From an uncultured bacterium (lineage in GTDB: Bacteria > Hydrothermota > UBA3073 > NMUJ01 > CBEVQO01), in contig CBEVQO010000007.1 in assembly GCA_965552055.1 (NCBI GenBank), positions 32,001 through 96,000 on the forward strand: DNA of 64,000 nucleotides, read 5' to 3'. A model generated the notes under the pieces. The model worked only from the letters and a program-made list of their open reading frames with translations. It was not told the origin of the DNA and made no database searches. Of the stretch, positions 50,842 to 60,246 are shown in pieces. The stretch's first letter is position 1. Each line of letters begins with the position of its first letter. Both the position numbers and the translations under genes were made by a program.

Positions 50842-51818
50842 GGCATGGGTATCGATTTTATACCAAGTTTTCTTTGGATTGCACGCGCAAGGGAAGGTGC
50901 ATCTCCAACTCTGTAATTGTCGGTTATCACAAGGGACGGAGAACTTTCTTCAACATAGTGTAATAAACCATTAAAATCCGCATGGTCACTTAGAGCAATC
51001 TGAAAAGTTTCATCTTCTATTTTTTTAACCGGCACATCGAATTGCCAGCCACTTAAAATTATCTTCAAACCTTTAAACTTCCTGTATTTCGACGACATAT
51101 GAAATATCCCTATAAATTTGCCAGATTTCAAAAATTCTATACCGTCTTCGCTCTTATCAGAATAATAAAGAGGAAAGTTAAAACCAAACCTTTCGTAAAC
51201 TCTCATCAATCTAAAAATTTTTTCTGTCGTCAGAATTGGTATTTCTAACCTTAAATTTTTAAAAAGAGAAAGTACTTCCTGTAACTTTCCATGATAACCA
51301 AAAATCAAAATAGGTAAATTTTTTAAATTTTCTTGGATAAAGTTTAAGAAAATTTCTTCAATTTCATCTTCAAAGTATCGCTTCCAGCGTGGATTCCCAT
51401 AAGTGGCTTCCATCACCAGAATGTCGCATTTTAAAGGCTCTGTCCCCTTCTTAAAATCGCCTGTGTAAACTATTCTCAAATCTCCCTTTTGATAAAAGAC
51501 CTGTGCAGCTCCCGGAACATGGCTGGATGGATACAATTTTATCCTTTCATCATCAACTATAAATTCTTTCTCATATTCAAGTGGATGAAATTTTGAAGAA
51601 TTATAATTTTTCATTTCTTTGATGATTTCTATTGTTAAAGGAGTTGCTATTATTTTTTCGCATTCTCTTATACTGTCTTTCAATCCCCACATATGATCTG
51701 CGTGTGCATGGGTTACTATTCTTATTTTCTTCTTAAAATGTGCATCTGCCACAAAATTTTCACCAAGTAAAATTGCACCATTAAAATGTATGGAAGCAGG
51801 AAGATTATGGAAGGACAC
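50838..51818 (-). CDS. Metallo-beta-lactamase fold (beta-CASP-like) exonuclease
   Basis: THAHADH, SHVPG, YTGDF, EATYG, LSDHAD. Confidence 0.82.
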   Translation of the reverse strand: MSFHNLPASIHFNGAILLGENFVADAHFKKKIRIVTHAHADHMWGLKDSIRECEKIIATPLTIEIIKEMKNYNSSKFHPLEYEKEFIVDDERIKLYPSSHVPGAAQVFYQKGDLRIVYTGDFKKGTEPLKCDILVMEATYGNPRWKRYFEDEIEEIFLNFIQENLKNLPILIFGYHGKLQEVLSLFKNLRLEIPILTTEKIFRLMRVYERFGFNFPLYYSDKSEDGIEFLKSGKFIGIFHMSSKYRKFKGLKIILSGWQFDVPVKKIEDETFQIALSDHADFNGLLHYVEESSPSLVITDNYRVGDAPSLARAIQRKLGIKSIPMP

Positions 51819-53961
51819 CTATTACTCTAAAGTCAACCCTTTGATTTTTGATTCTTCCTTCTTTTGTCAATTCAGAACCCAGTGGCTCTGTATTTCCATA
51901 TCCTTTAACGGTCAATCTGCTTGCATCCACTCCCTTTTGCACCAGCCAGTTATATACTGACCTGGCTCTCCGTAAAGATAACTCTGGGTCGCGCTTCTCC
52001 TCTGCTCTACAGGTGTGACCTCCTATTTGTATCTTCAATTTAGGATGTTCTTTCATAAATTCCATCAGTTTATTCAAAGCATCATATTCTGTTGACCTTA
52101 CTTTATCGCTTAAAGTGGCAAAATAAACAATCATCCCGGGCAATCTTTTACCCAGAGGAATTAACTTTATATCAAGTGGTGGCATCACACCGCCAGGGAG
52201 TTCAATCTCTTTTTCGTAAGGAACATAATCCTTTGCAGTTACTGTTATTTTTGTTTTTTCTCCTTTAAGTTCCATTTTAAATCCTTCTTTTGTGCACTTC
52301 ATTTTTACTCCCTGGGGATGAGCCAGAATTTCTGCTTCTATGGGTTCTCCTGTGCAATAATCAAATATTTTACCAACTACCAGTGTCTTCTTATAAGCAG
52401 GTGTTAATGCTATTTTCATTACAATTGGTTCTGTTTTCGGTGTTATCATTTCGCTATAGGTCTCATATTCCGGCGCTTTAATAACAATCTCGTAGGGCTC
52501 TTCTCTCAGAGGCACACTTACTTTGAATAAACCAAGGGTGTCGGATTTTGTTTTAATATTTGTACCCGTGATAGTTATTTCAGCGGATAAAGGTTTATTC
52601 GTTTCTTTGTCAAAAATTTTACCACTTATTACACAAATTCCTTTTTTCAGAGGGATTTCAATTGCATTTTCACCTTCTTTGAATTCTATTTTCTTAACAT
52701 AGGGGATATATCCTTTTACTTTCGCTGTAATAGTGTAGATTCCCGGCTTTAATCCGATTGTGAAATTTCCGAGTGAATCGGTTTTTATTTTCTTTTTGAC
52801 TTCCGGGATTTCGATTTCCGCCATTAAAGGAGATTTTGTCTCTTCATCAATAACATGACCTTTTATTATTGCTCTCGCAATTTGCAATGCGAAATTTAAT
52901 TCTTTTTCTTTTTTCTTTTTAATTGTAACTATCATTTCTTCTGATGTCTCATATCCTGCTTTGCCGCACATTACGAGCACTTTCCCTACCGGTAGCTTTA
53001 CCCTGTATTGCCCTGTTTCGTCGGTATATGCAGTTGTATCGAGCTCCGGGAATATTATCATAGCAGCAGGAATAGGAGCACCTGTTTTTGCGTCAACGAC
53101 TTTTCCATAAAGAATTCCTGTTGGCTTTTCTTCAGGAATAAAATAGAATTTGAAACCGAGTGCTAAATCTATTACCCACTTGGGAGCCGAACCCCATCCT
53201 CCTTTTACATAATACACAGTATCATTTATCAAAGAAGGTTCTTTGCTCAATCTCAAAGGAGTATTTATCTCAAAATTTATTTTCTTACCTATTCTGAAAC
53301 CTGGCGTAAAGTAAAATGCTCCATCGTTCAAATCCCGCTTATTTCTTCTCCACCAGTAAAATGTAAACATCGGTTTGAATGCACCGTAAAACATGGATAG
53401 CCTACCTGAAAGGAAGAATTTATCTGCATCGGATTTATTAAAGAAATAATGGATATATCCGCAGCCTGCGTTCACTCCGACTGGAACTTTTTCACCGAAT
53501 ATAGCAGAAAGAAAGAGTGCACATCCTATAGCCTGCTTCTTCGCAGTAAAATAGCGTAAACACCCGCCCTTGTAGTCCCAGTAACCAGTGTGATGCTCCT
53601 TCACACCCATTTTCTCACCGGATGGGTAACTATAATAAGGACAAATTGAAACATAGAAAGGATGAAAAGGCATGCAAACCGCGGCTTCTAAATCTATATC
53701 ACCAAATCCATAAGCCAGAGTCTCTTCCTTTGTCCCCCAATCGGTTATGTAATCAAGATGTCCTTTTGTTTTAAAAGATAGAGAAAGCCATTTTGCGAAT
53801 GTAAATCCAATGCCTGCTTTTAAATCACCCAATATGAGGTAGTATTCATCTTTGCCCTTTACGGCGCTCCCAAGTCCGAATCCGATATCAAGACAGCCAG
53901 CTTTTTGCTCGTATCCTTCTACGATTACGAGATTTAAAATAAAAAGTAGCACGCTCATCAA
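51805..53961 (-). CDS. OmpA family protein with N-terminal beta-barrel-like region and repeated carboxypeptidase-regulatory-like domains (likely start 53958)
   Basis: Four G.(V/I).D..T..P repeats; C-terminal IGGHT, LSLRRA.SV, GYG, NQRVDF. Confidence 0.82.
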   Translation of the reverse strand: MMSVLLFILNLVIVEGYEQKAGCLDIGFGLGSAVKGKDEYYLILGDLKAGIGFTFAKWLSLSFKTKGHLDYITDWGTKEETLAYGFGDIDLEAAVCMPFHPFYVSICPYYSYPSGEKMGVKEHHTGYWDYKGGCLRYFTAKKQAIGCALFLSAIFGEKVPVGVNAGCGYIHYFFNKSDADKFFLSGRLSMFYGAFKPMFTFYWWRRNKRDLNDGAFYFTPGFRIGKKINFEINTPLRLSKEPSLINDTVYYVKGGWGSAPKWVIDLALGFKFYFIPEEKPTGILYGKVVDAKTGAPIPAAMIIFPELDTTAYTDETGQYRVKLPVGKVLVMCGKAGYETSEEMIVTIKKKKEKELNFALQIARAIIKGHVIDEETKSPLMAEIEIPEVKKKIKTDSLGNFTIGLKPGIYTITAKVKGYIPYVKKIEFKEGENAIEIPLKKGICVISGKIFDKETNKPLSAEITITGTNIKTKSDTLGLFKVSVPLREEPYEIVIKAPEYETYSEMITPKTEPIVMKIALTPAYKKTLVVGKIFDYCTGEPIEAEILAHPQGVKMKCTKEGFKMELKGEKTKITVTAKDYVPYEKEIELPGGVMPPLDIKLIPLGKRLPGMIVYFATLSDKVRSTEYDALNKLMEFMKEHPKLKIQIGGHTCRAEEKRDPELSLRRARSVYNWLVQKGVDASRLTVKGYGNTEPLGSELTKEGRIKNQRVDFRVIGVLP

Positions 53962-53964
53962 AAT

Positions 53965-53991
53965 ATTTTATATAATTTTTCCGAATGTCAA
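53965..53991 (-). promoter_or_regulatory. Promoter TTGACA-N15-TAAAAT
   Basis: -35 at 53991-53986, -10 at 53970-53965, ATG 53958. Confidence 0.65.
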
Positions 53992-54175
53992 GGAAAAAAA
54001 TTGCCGAATATTCTAATTGACATACCCACCCCCCATATATATATTAGATGATAGTCCTTATTCAAAATATTAGCAAAAATTTAAGATTCGGAAAGTGCTG
54101 GCTCGGAGATGTAGAAAATATCTTATTTAAAAAATGCCCCCCTCTCAAATTAAAATCAAAATCTACAAAAATTCC

Positions 54176-54214
54176 TGTGGATAAAGGTGTGGATAACCCA
54201 GAAAGTTATCAACA
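54176..54214. promoter_or_regulatory. DnaA-box cluster upstream of dnaA (oriC or autoregulation)
   Basis: TGTGGATAA at 54176-54184 and 54188-54196 (perfect TTATCCACA on the minus strand); TTATCAACA at 54206-54214. Confidence 0.85.
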
Positions 54215-55558
54215 ATGGATACTTTAAAAGAAATATGGGATAAGACATTAAAAGTAATAAAAGAGAAGATGCGTGAAGAGACATTTAAATCCCTTTTCGC
54301 AGAAGAAACGATAGCACCGGTGCTACTAAGAATCGAAAATGGTAAAGCAATCGTTGGATTGCAACACAATTTCTTCTCTGATTTCTTTAAAAAGAACAAA
54401 ATGGACATTTTAATATCTGATGCAATATCTTCAGTAGTTGGTAAGAGGTTAGAAGTTGAATTTAAAGTTCATGAAGGAAAGAAAGTTGTTCCCAGATTAC
54501 CTGAGAAAGATGATGGTAAAAAGGAGACAAGTTCTTCTTTCCTGAAAAGATTCACTTTTGACAATTTTGTGGTAGGTGAGGGCAATCGCCTTGCTTATAG
54601 TGCTGCTTTCGCAGTATCTGAGAAGCCGGGTGAAATCTACAATCCGCTTTTTATTTACGGAGGAGTCGGGCTCGGGAAAACTCATTTGCTCGGTGCAATT
54701 TATAACCACATTAAGAAAAACAGACCCGATATTAAAGTAATGTATGTAACATGTGAAAAATTCCTTGACGATTTAATCGATGCAATACAGAAAAGACAGC
54801 AATTGATATTTAAAAGAAAATACAGAAAGAATGACATTTTACTCATAGATGATGTCCATCTTGTTAAAGATAGGTCAGGATTACAGGAAGAGCTATTCCA
54901 CATTTTTAATGAATTTCATTCCGTTGGTAAGCAAATTGTTTTCACATCTGACAGACCTCCTGTTGAGATACCAAATCTCACGGAGAGAATAAGGTCGCGC
55001 TTCCTCGCTGGACTCGTTTGTGATATCCAGCCACCCGATTTCGAAACAAGAGTCGCAATCCTGAAGAAAAAATGCGAATTATTTAAAGTAAAAGTTGACG
55101 ATAACATACTGAAAAAAATAGCAGAAAGAGTTAAAGGAAATGTTAGATTATTAGAATGTGCATTGCAAAAGATAAAAGCAATACAAAGTCATATCGGAAG
55201 AACCATCACCGAAGAAATACTTGACCTCATATTAAAAGATATAGCCCCGGGTAGAAAAACAGTAAGTCCAGAAAGAATAATAGAAGAAGTTTCAAAATTT
55301 TACAGAATACCCGTTACCGATATAAAAAGCAGAAAAAGGAATCAAATAGTGAGTCAGGCTCGTCAAATTGCAGTTTACTTAATGAGAGAATTGCTCGAAT
55401 TATCTTTCCCTGTAATCGGAAGAATAATCGGAAGAGACCATTCAACAATAATCCATGATTATAAAAAAATAGAAAAATTAAAAGAGGAAGACCCCGATGT
55501 AAAGGAAGTTTTAAAATTGTTAAAAGAAAAACTCGGTTATGAACAGGAAAAATTTTAA
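54215..55558 (+). CDS. dnaA: Chromosomal replication initiator DnaA
   Basis: FTFDNFVVG, YNPLFIYGGVGLGKTHL, QEELFH, RDHSTI. Confidence 0.97.
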   Translation: MDTLKEIWDKTLKVIKEKMREETFKSLFAEETIAPVLLRIENGKAIVGLQHNFFSDFFKKNKMDILISDAISSVVGKRLEVEFKVHEGKKVVPRLPEKDDGKKETSSSFLKRFTFDNFVVGEGNRLAYSAAFAVSEKPGEIYNPLFIYGGVGLGKTHLLGAIYNHIKKNRPDIKVMYVTCEKFLDDLIDAIQKRQQLIFKRKYRKNDILLIDDVHLVKDRSGLQEELFHIFNEFHSVGKQIVFTSDRPPVEIPNLTERIRSRFLAGLVCDIQPPDFETRVAILKKKCELFKVKVDDNILKKIAERVKGNVRLLECALQKIKAIQSHIGRTITEEILDLILKDIAPGRKTVSPERIIEEVSKFYRIPVTDIKSRKRNQIVSQARQIAVYLMRELLELSFPVIGRIIGRDHSTIIHDYKKIEKLKEEDPDVKEVLKLLKEKLGYEQEKF

Positions 55559-55579
55559 AAGATATAACAAAAATAAGCA

Positions 55580-55608
55580 TTATCAACATTATCAACAGAT
55601 TATCATCA
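55580..55608 (+). promoter_or_regulatory. DnaA-box-like cluster between dnaA and dnaN
   Basis: TTATCAACA 55580-55588 and 55589-55597; TTATCATCA 55600-55608. Confidence 0.65.
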
Positions 55609-55624
55609 ACAAAAAGGAGGTAAC

Positions 55625-56713
55625 ATGAAAGTAGATTTTAGAAGAAAAGATTTAATAGATGCATTAGCTGTGGTTATGCCGGTAGTCCCGAGTAAAAGTC
55701 CGCTTCCTGCTCTTTCGAGTATTCTTATCAGAACACATGAAGATGAAGTTGAGATAATAGGAACAGACCTTGATATATGCGTATCTGCAAAAGTAAAAGC
55801 GACTGTCGAAGAAAAAGGAGAAATAACACTTGAAGCAAAAAAATTTTATGCTTTATGCAGACAGATAAAAGAAGATATAATATCTCTGGAGGGCACAACT
55901 ACGCCTGTTATTCGTGCAGGAACAGGTACTTACGAAATACCGGGTGCACCTGTTGAAGATTTCCCAGAGCTAATACTTATTGAAAATCCGATTGGCAGTT
56001 TTGAAACAGAAGCCGATATTTTGAGAAGAAGTTCACAGAAAACGAGTTTCGCAGCAGCTAAAGATTCTACTGAATCTATCTTTAAAGCAATTTTAATGCA
56101 TATCAAAGGAAAAGAACTGAGATTCGTAGCGACCGATGCTCATAAACTTGCTCTAATAAAAAAGTACGAAATGGATTTTGAAAGCGAACAAAAATTTCTT
56201 TTGCCAAATAAATTCTGGAAAGAAGTTACTAAATTAACAGGAGATGTAAGTGTCTTTTATGACGATACTAAAATATCATTTGCAACAGAAGATTGTGCTA
56301 TTACAACAAGATTGGTTGAGGGTGAATATCCTGATTACGAATCCGTAATCCCTGTTGATAACGATAAAGTTTTAACGGTATCCCGTCCATTGCTTGAAAG
56401 TGCGTTAAGAAGGGGGATGATTTTTGCACACGAAGAATCGAAGATGTGCATTTTATCGCTTTCTTCCGATGTTTTAAAAGTATCCGTACAGGGAGAAGGA
56501 AGTGCGGTTGAGGAAATACCCTGCGAATATCAGGGAGAAGAAATGGAAATAGGATATAACATAAGCTATCTTCTTGAAATTTTAACTCACATAGATTCCG
56601 AAGAAGTGCAATTTTTCCTGAAAGACCCGATATCCGCTGCTATTATCAAACCCGTCTATCAAAGAGAAGCAGAAGAATTAATGTATTTGTTGATGCCGAT
56701 TAGATTAGAATAA
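55625..56713 (+). CDS. dnaN: DNA polymerase III beta clamp
   Basis: GTDLD, VATDAHKL, GEYPDY..VIP, LLMPIRL; RBS AGGAGG. Confidence 0.95.
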   Translation: MKVDFRRKDLIDALAVVMPVVPSKSPLPALSSILIRTHEDEVEIIGTDLDICVSAKVKATVEEKGEITLEAKKFYALCRQIKEDIISLEGTTTPVIRAGTGTYEIPGAPVEDFPELILIENPIGSFETEADILRRSSQKTSFAAAKDSTESIFKAILMHIKGKELRFVATDAHKLALIKKYEMDFESEQKFLLPNKFWKEVTKLTGDVSVFYDDTKISFATEDCAITTRLVEGEYPDYESVIPVDNDKVLTVSRPLLESALRRGMIFAHEESKMCILSLSSDVLKVSVQGEGSAVEEIPCEYQGEEMEIGYNISYLLEILTHIDSEEVQFFLKDPISAAIIKPVYQREAEELMYLLMPIRLE

Positions 56714-58000
56714 TTTCGAATTTAATTCTTTTCTCTTTTGCTTTAAATATTCTATTTCTTCAGGTCTTAATTCAAAATAAGGATAAACTGTGTTATTCTG
56801 CAAAAGTGGGTCTTTTCCTTTTATTTTGCAGTTTTCCCAGTCCTTTGTACCGGGTATGGGCGAGTATTCTGTTAGGTAAATTTTTGCACCTAAAGAATTT
56901 ACAAATTCCATGGATTTTAAAACTTCGGAAACTGTCTGACCTGGCAAGCCATACATTACATATACACCTATATCTTTTGGGGAATATCCAGCATAACATA
57001 AATTCTCAATGGCTCTTATTAGGTCTTCGTTATAAACTTTACCACCTGTTTCTTTTTGGCGCGCAGGGTCGGAGCTTTCCAAACTAACTCTTATCGTTTT
57101 GAAACCCGATTTAAACATTGCAACTGCAACTTCTTTATCGATAAAACGAGCATGTAAGCCATTTGGAGTATGAAAATTTATCTTCAAGCCTTTATCTATT
57201 ATAAGATTAAGTAATCTCAAAATGTGTTCTTTTGCACGAAATAGAAGTGCATCATCATAAAATGCAATGTTTCTGACATTAAATTTTTCATAATAATATT
57301 CTATCCAGTAAAATATTTTTTCGATATCTAAAAACTGCATTTTCGGGAAAAAATAAGGGGTTGAGCAGTAAGTGCAGCGAAAAGGGCAGCCAATGGAGGT
57401 CATAACACCGATATGTCGCAAATCAGGATATAAATCATACAGTGGAAAGTCGTCCTCTACTTTCAAATCTTTACCAATTATTTTTGATAACTCTTTGCTT
57501 ACATCTTTTAAATTCCTTTTTGCGATTACAAAGTCAGCGCCCGATAACTTAGCATGCACGGGATAAAGGGAAGCATAGAAGCCACCTATAATTATTTTTG
57601 AATTTCTAAATCTATTTTTCAAAATTTTAACTGCTTCAAATACTCCGGGATACCAGTAAGTCATTACAGATGTTACAAGGATAAAATCAGGTTCTACAAT
57701 TTTTTCAATTTCATTTAAGAAAATTTCCATTTTCAATCCATATCTTTTGTATTTTCTTGGTACAAATTTTAAAACATCGGGTTTTTCAACAACTTCTGCA
57801 TAAAATTTACCTGTGCAGAATTCAGGATTTTCTTTTATGAGTGGCATATCAGGGTGATACCTATCCGTGCAGTCAATTAAATGTATTTCAAATCCGTTAT
57901 CTTTAAGGATGCGTGCGATTTGCAGTAAGCCATAAGGCTTTATCCAGAAGTCATAAGCGGCGAAATCATAAATCCAGGGGTTAACAAGGAGAAATTTCAT
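56705..58000 (-). CDS. B12-binding radical SAM protein
   Basis: NPWIYDFAAYDFW.KP.GLL, GGFYASL, CPFRCTYC. Confidence 0.87.
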   Translation of the reverse strand: MKFLLVNPWIYDFAAYDFWIKPYGLLQIARILKDNGFEIHLIDCTDRYHPDMPLIKENPEFCTGKFYAEVVEKPDVLKFVPRKYKRYGLKMEIFLNEIEKIVEPDFILVTSVMTYWYPGVFEAVKILKNRFRNSKIIIGGFYASLYPVHAKLSGADFVIAKRNLKDVSKELSKIIGKDLKVEDDFPLYDLYPDLRHIGVMTSIGCPFRCTYCSTPYFFPKMQFLDIEKIFYWIEYYYEKFNVRNIAFYDDALLFRAKEHILRLLNLIIDKGLKINFHTPNGLHARFIDKEVAVAMFKSGFKTIRVSLESSDPARQKETGGKVYNEDLIRAIENLCYAGYSPKDIGVYVMYGLPGQTVSEVLKSMEFVNSLGAKIYLTEYSPIPGTKDWENCKIKGKDPLLQNNTVYPYFELRPEEIEYLKQKRKELNSKLF

Positions 58001-58677
58001 TAAGGATAATAATAAAAGTAGTTTTCTTCTCTGCCTCTGTTTAATCTGAATAAATAAGCTACAGCATCTTTAAATTCTTCTGCAAGAGAATAAAATCTTG
58101 TTGTAAGGTCAATTGACATTCCAAAATAAGCTTCTCTTCCATTGACCGGACGGCAACCAAATTGCAAAGTCAATTCATCATTAATATCCAATCCGATGAA
58201 GACAAAAGAAGAGTCAAAGTTAAATTTCCTTATTTCTTTTAAAGGAAAAGTGACACCAAAAGAAAGCCTTGTTTTTCTCTTTCGGTATTTCCTGACTCTT
58301 TTTTCTATTTGCGTGAGCCTGGACTTCATCTTATCGGGTATTTCAACTCCTGTTATTTCAGCGAGATTATGGATTTGATTTATATACGCCAAAACTTTTT
58401 TAAAATTTGGATACTTTGGATTAAACAGGTTATATTTTAAACTAACACCACCGATGTAATCTTTATCACCATTTATAATAATTCCGCCTGTGAGATGCAT
58501 TTCAAGGTAAATTCTGCGCTGCGACATCTTTTCAACCTCTTTCATCAACATCATTATATTTTTTAGTCCATAAAAATATATTTCATGGGCAATAAGTTTA
58601 TCCACTGCTTTTAAGCCACCTATAGTGTCCTGAATTAGAACACGATAGGGAATCATTATGAGGAAGATAATCATCAA
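58000..58677 (-). CDS. Hypothetical protein (likely start 58674)
   Basis: Open frame coupled to the radical SAM gene; promoter TTGACA 58706-58701, N15, TAAAAT 58685-58680. Confidence 0.6.
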   Translation of the reverse strand: MMIIFLIMIPYRVLIQDTIGGLKAVDKLIAHEIYFYGLKNIMMLMKEVEKMSQRRIYLEMHLTGGIIINGDKDYIGGVSLKYNLFNPKYPNFKKVLAYINQIHNLAEITGVEIPDKMKSRLTQIEKRVRKYRKRKTRLSFGVTFPLKEIRKFNFDSSFVFIGLDINDELTLQFGCRPVNGREAYFGMSIDLTTRFYSLAEEFKDAVAYLFRLNRGREENYFYYYP

Positions 58678-58925
58678 TCATTTTAATGATAAGTTCAGTT
58701 TGTCAAGTTTATTTATTTTAAATTTAAATGCATATCCTCTCATATATAACACATTTACACCCTCGATTTGTGGCAGTTTTCTGAACCACATTTTAGAAGG
58801 TAAGAGTGCATGTTAAAATTTTTGAAATTCATATTAAAATTTTTAATGCGAACGTAAGCGAGCCTGTTACATATGGGTTGTGAGGAGGGTGGTGGGGACA
58901 GGGAGGCGGGGCTAAAAATAAAAAT

Positions 58926-58952
58926 TTGACAAATAAAGAATTTCAATATATT
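58926..58952 (+). promoter_or_regulatory. Promoter TTGACA-N15-TATATT
   Basis: ATG at 58959 six nt after the -10. Confidence 0.6.
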
Positions 58953-58958
58953 TAATGC

Positions 58959-60218
58959 ATGGCTGTAAATCTGCCATATAATTTGTCGAAAGAAAGTGTA
59001 AAATTTGAAATAGAAGAAAAATATGTAAAAGAAATAATCGAACCCAGAAAGCTTAATGAGATAAATTTGAAGGAAGTTTTGATACAAAAATTGTCAATTT
59101 TAAATGAAGATAAAAGATTAAAAAAAGCAAAAAAAATAGCAATTCTTGTCGATGATTACACCAGACCCACACCCACAAGGGAAATTTTACCGTTACTTAT
59201 AGAAAAGATTGAAGGGATAAACAAAAATTGTGAAATAAAGATAATATATGCGGAAGGGACTCATCCTGTTACAAAGATGGAGCAAATTTATCAGAAGATA
59301 CCTGAAGATATTTATGAAAAATATGATGTCGTGATTCATGATGCTTATGATGATAGCAAAAATGTATTCGTGGGAATCACAAAGTTTGGTACTCCTTTAT
59401 TTTTAAATAAGGAAGCAGTTTCTACGGATTACAGGATAATAATAAATTCTATTTTTCCAACAGAAATAACAGGATTTACTGGTTCGAGCAAAATGATAGT
59501 ACCCGGTATTGCAAGTGCATTTACAACGGACAGAAATCATGCATTGATGATAGCGAGGGGAATTGATGCTGGAAGTTTTGATAATGTTGTTCGTCAAGAT
59601 ATGGATGATGCAGCAGAAATTTTTGGAGTGCATCTTGATATAGAGGTGATAATGAATCCAGATTACACTATTCATGAGATTTTGATAGGTGATTTTAAAG
59701 AAGTTTATAGAAAAGGATGTGAAATTTCAAAAGAAATTTTCATGCCTTATGTAAGAGGCAAATCTGATTTTGTGATAGTGAGTCCGGGTGGTGTTGAGGA
59801 TGTTGACCTCTGCCAATCATTTAAGGCACTTGCATCTGCTTATAGAATATGCGATGGTGATATAATTTTGGTAGCAGCTTGTCCACTTGGTACTCAATGG
59901 CCAGAATTTGCAGATGTCTTGCACTATGTGAGAAGGAAATGCAAAAAAAGAGAAGATGTTTTGAAATTGCTCGGTGAAGAAGAATTTGAATCAATTTCCG
60001 TAGTTCTCTTATACAGATACTATGATTCACTTGTTGAATTAAAGCGTAAAATTTATCTTTATTCCGATGGGATAACAGAAAGAGAAGCACAATCTTTTGG
60101 CTTTGTAAAAATAAAAAATGTTGAAGAAGGAATAGAAATGTGCCTGAAGAAAAAAAGCGATGCTAAATTTTACATAATCCCTCACGCAGCTTACACTTTT
60201 CCCGTAATTAAAGCTTGA
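58959..60218 (+). CDS. LarA-family (nickel-pincer racemase/epimerase) protein
   Basis: DDYTRPTP, GTH, GFTGSSKMIVPG, NH, QSFKAL. Confidence 0.85.
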   Translation: MAVNLPYNLSKESVKFEIEEKYVKEIIEPRKLNEINLKEVLIQKLSILNEDKRLKKAKKIAILVDDYTRPTPTREILPLLIEKIEGINKNCEIKIIYAEGTHPVTKMEQIYQKIPEDIYEKYDVVIHDAYDDSKNVFVGITKFGTPLFLNKEAVSTDYRIIINSIFPTEITGFTGSSKMIVPGIASAFTTDRNHALMIARGIDAGSFDNVVRQDMDDAAEIFGVHLDIEVIMNPDYTIHEILIGDFKEVYRKGCEISKEIFMPYVRGKSDFVIVSPGGVEDVDLCQSFKALASAYRICDGDIILVAACPLGTQWPEFADVLHYVRRKCKKREDVLKLLGEEEFESISVVLLYRYYDSLVELKRKIYLYSDGITEREAQSFGFVKIKNVEEGIEMCLKKKSDAKFYIIPHAAYTFPVIKA

Positions 60219-60241
60219 CATTGTAGAGAAGTTTATAAAAT
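60215..60241 (+). promoter_or_regulatory. Promoter TTGACA-N15-TAAAAT
   Basis: GTG at 60247 five nt after the -10. Confidence 0.62.
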
Positions 60242-60246
60242 GATGG

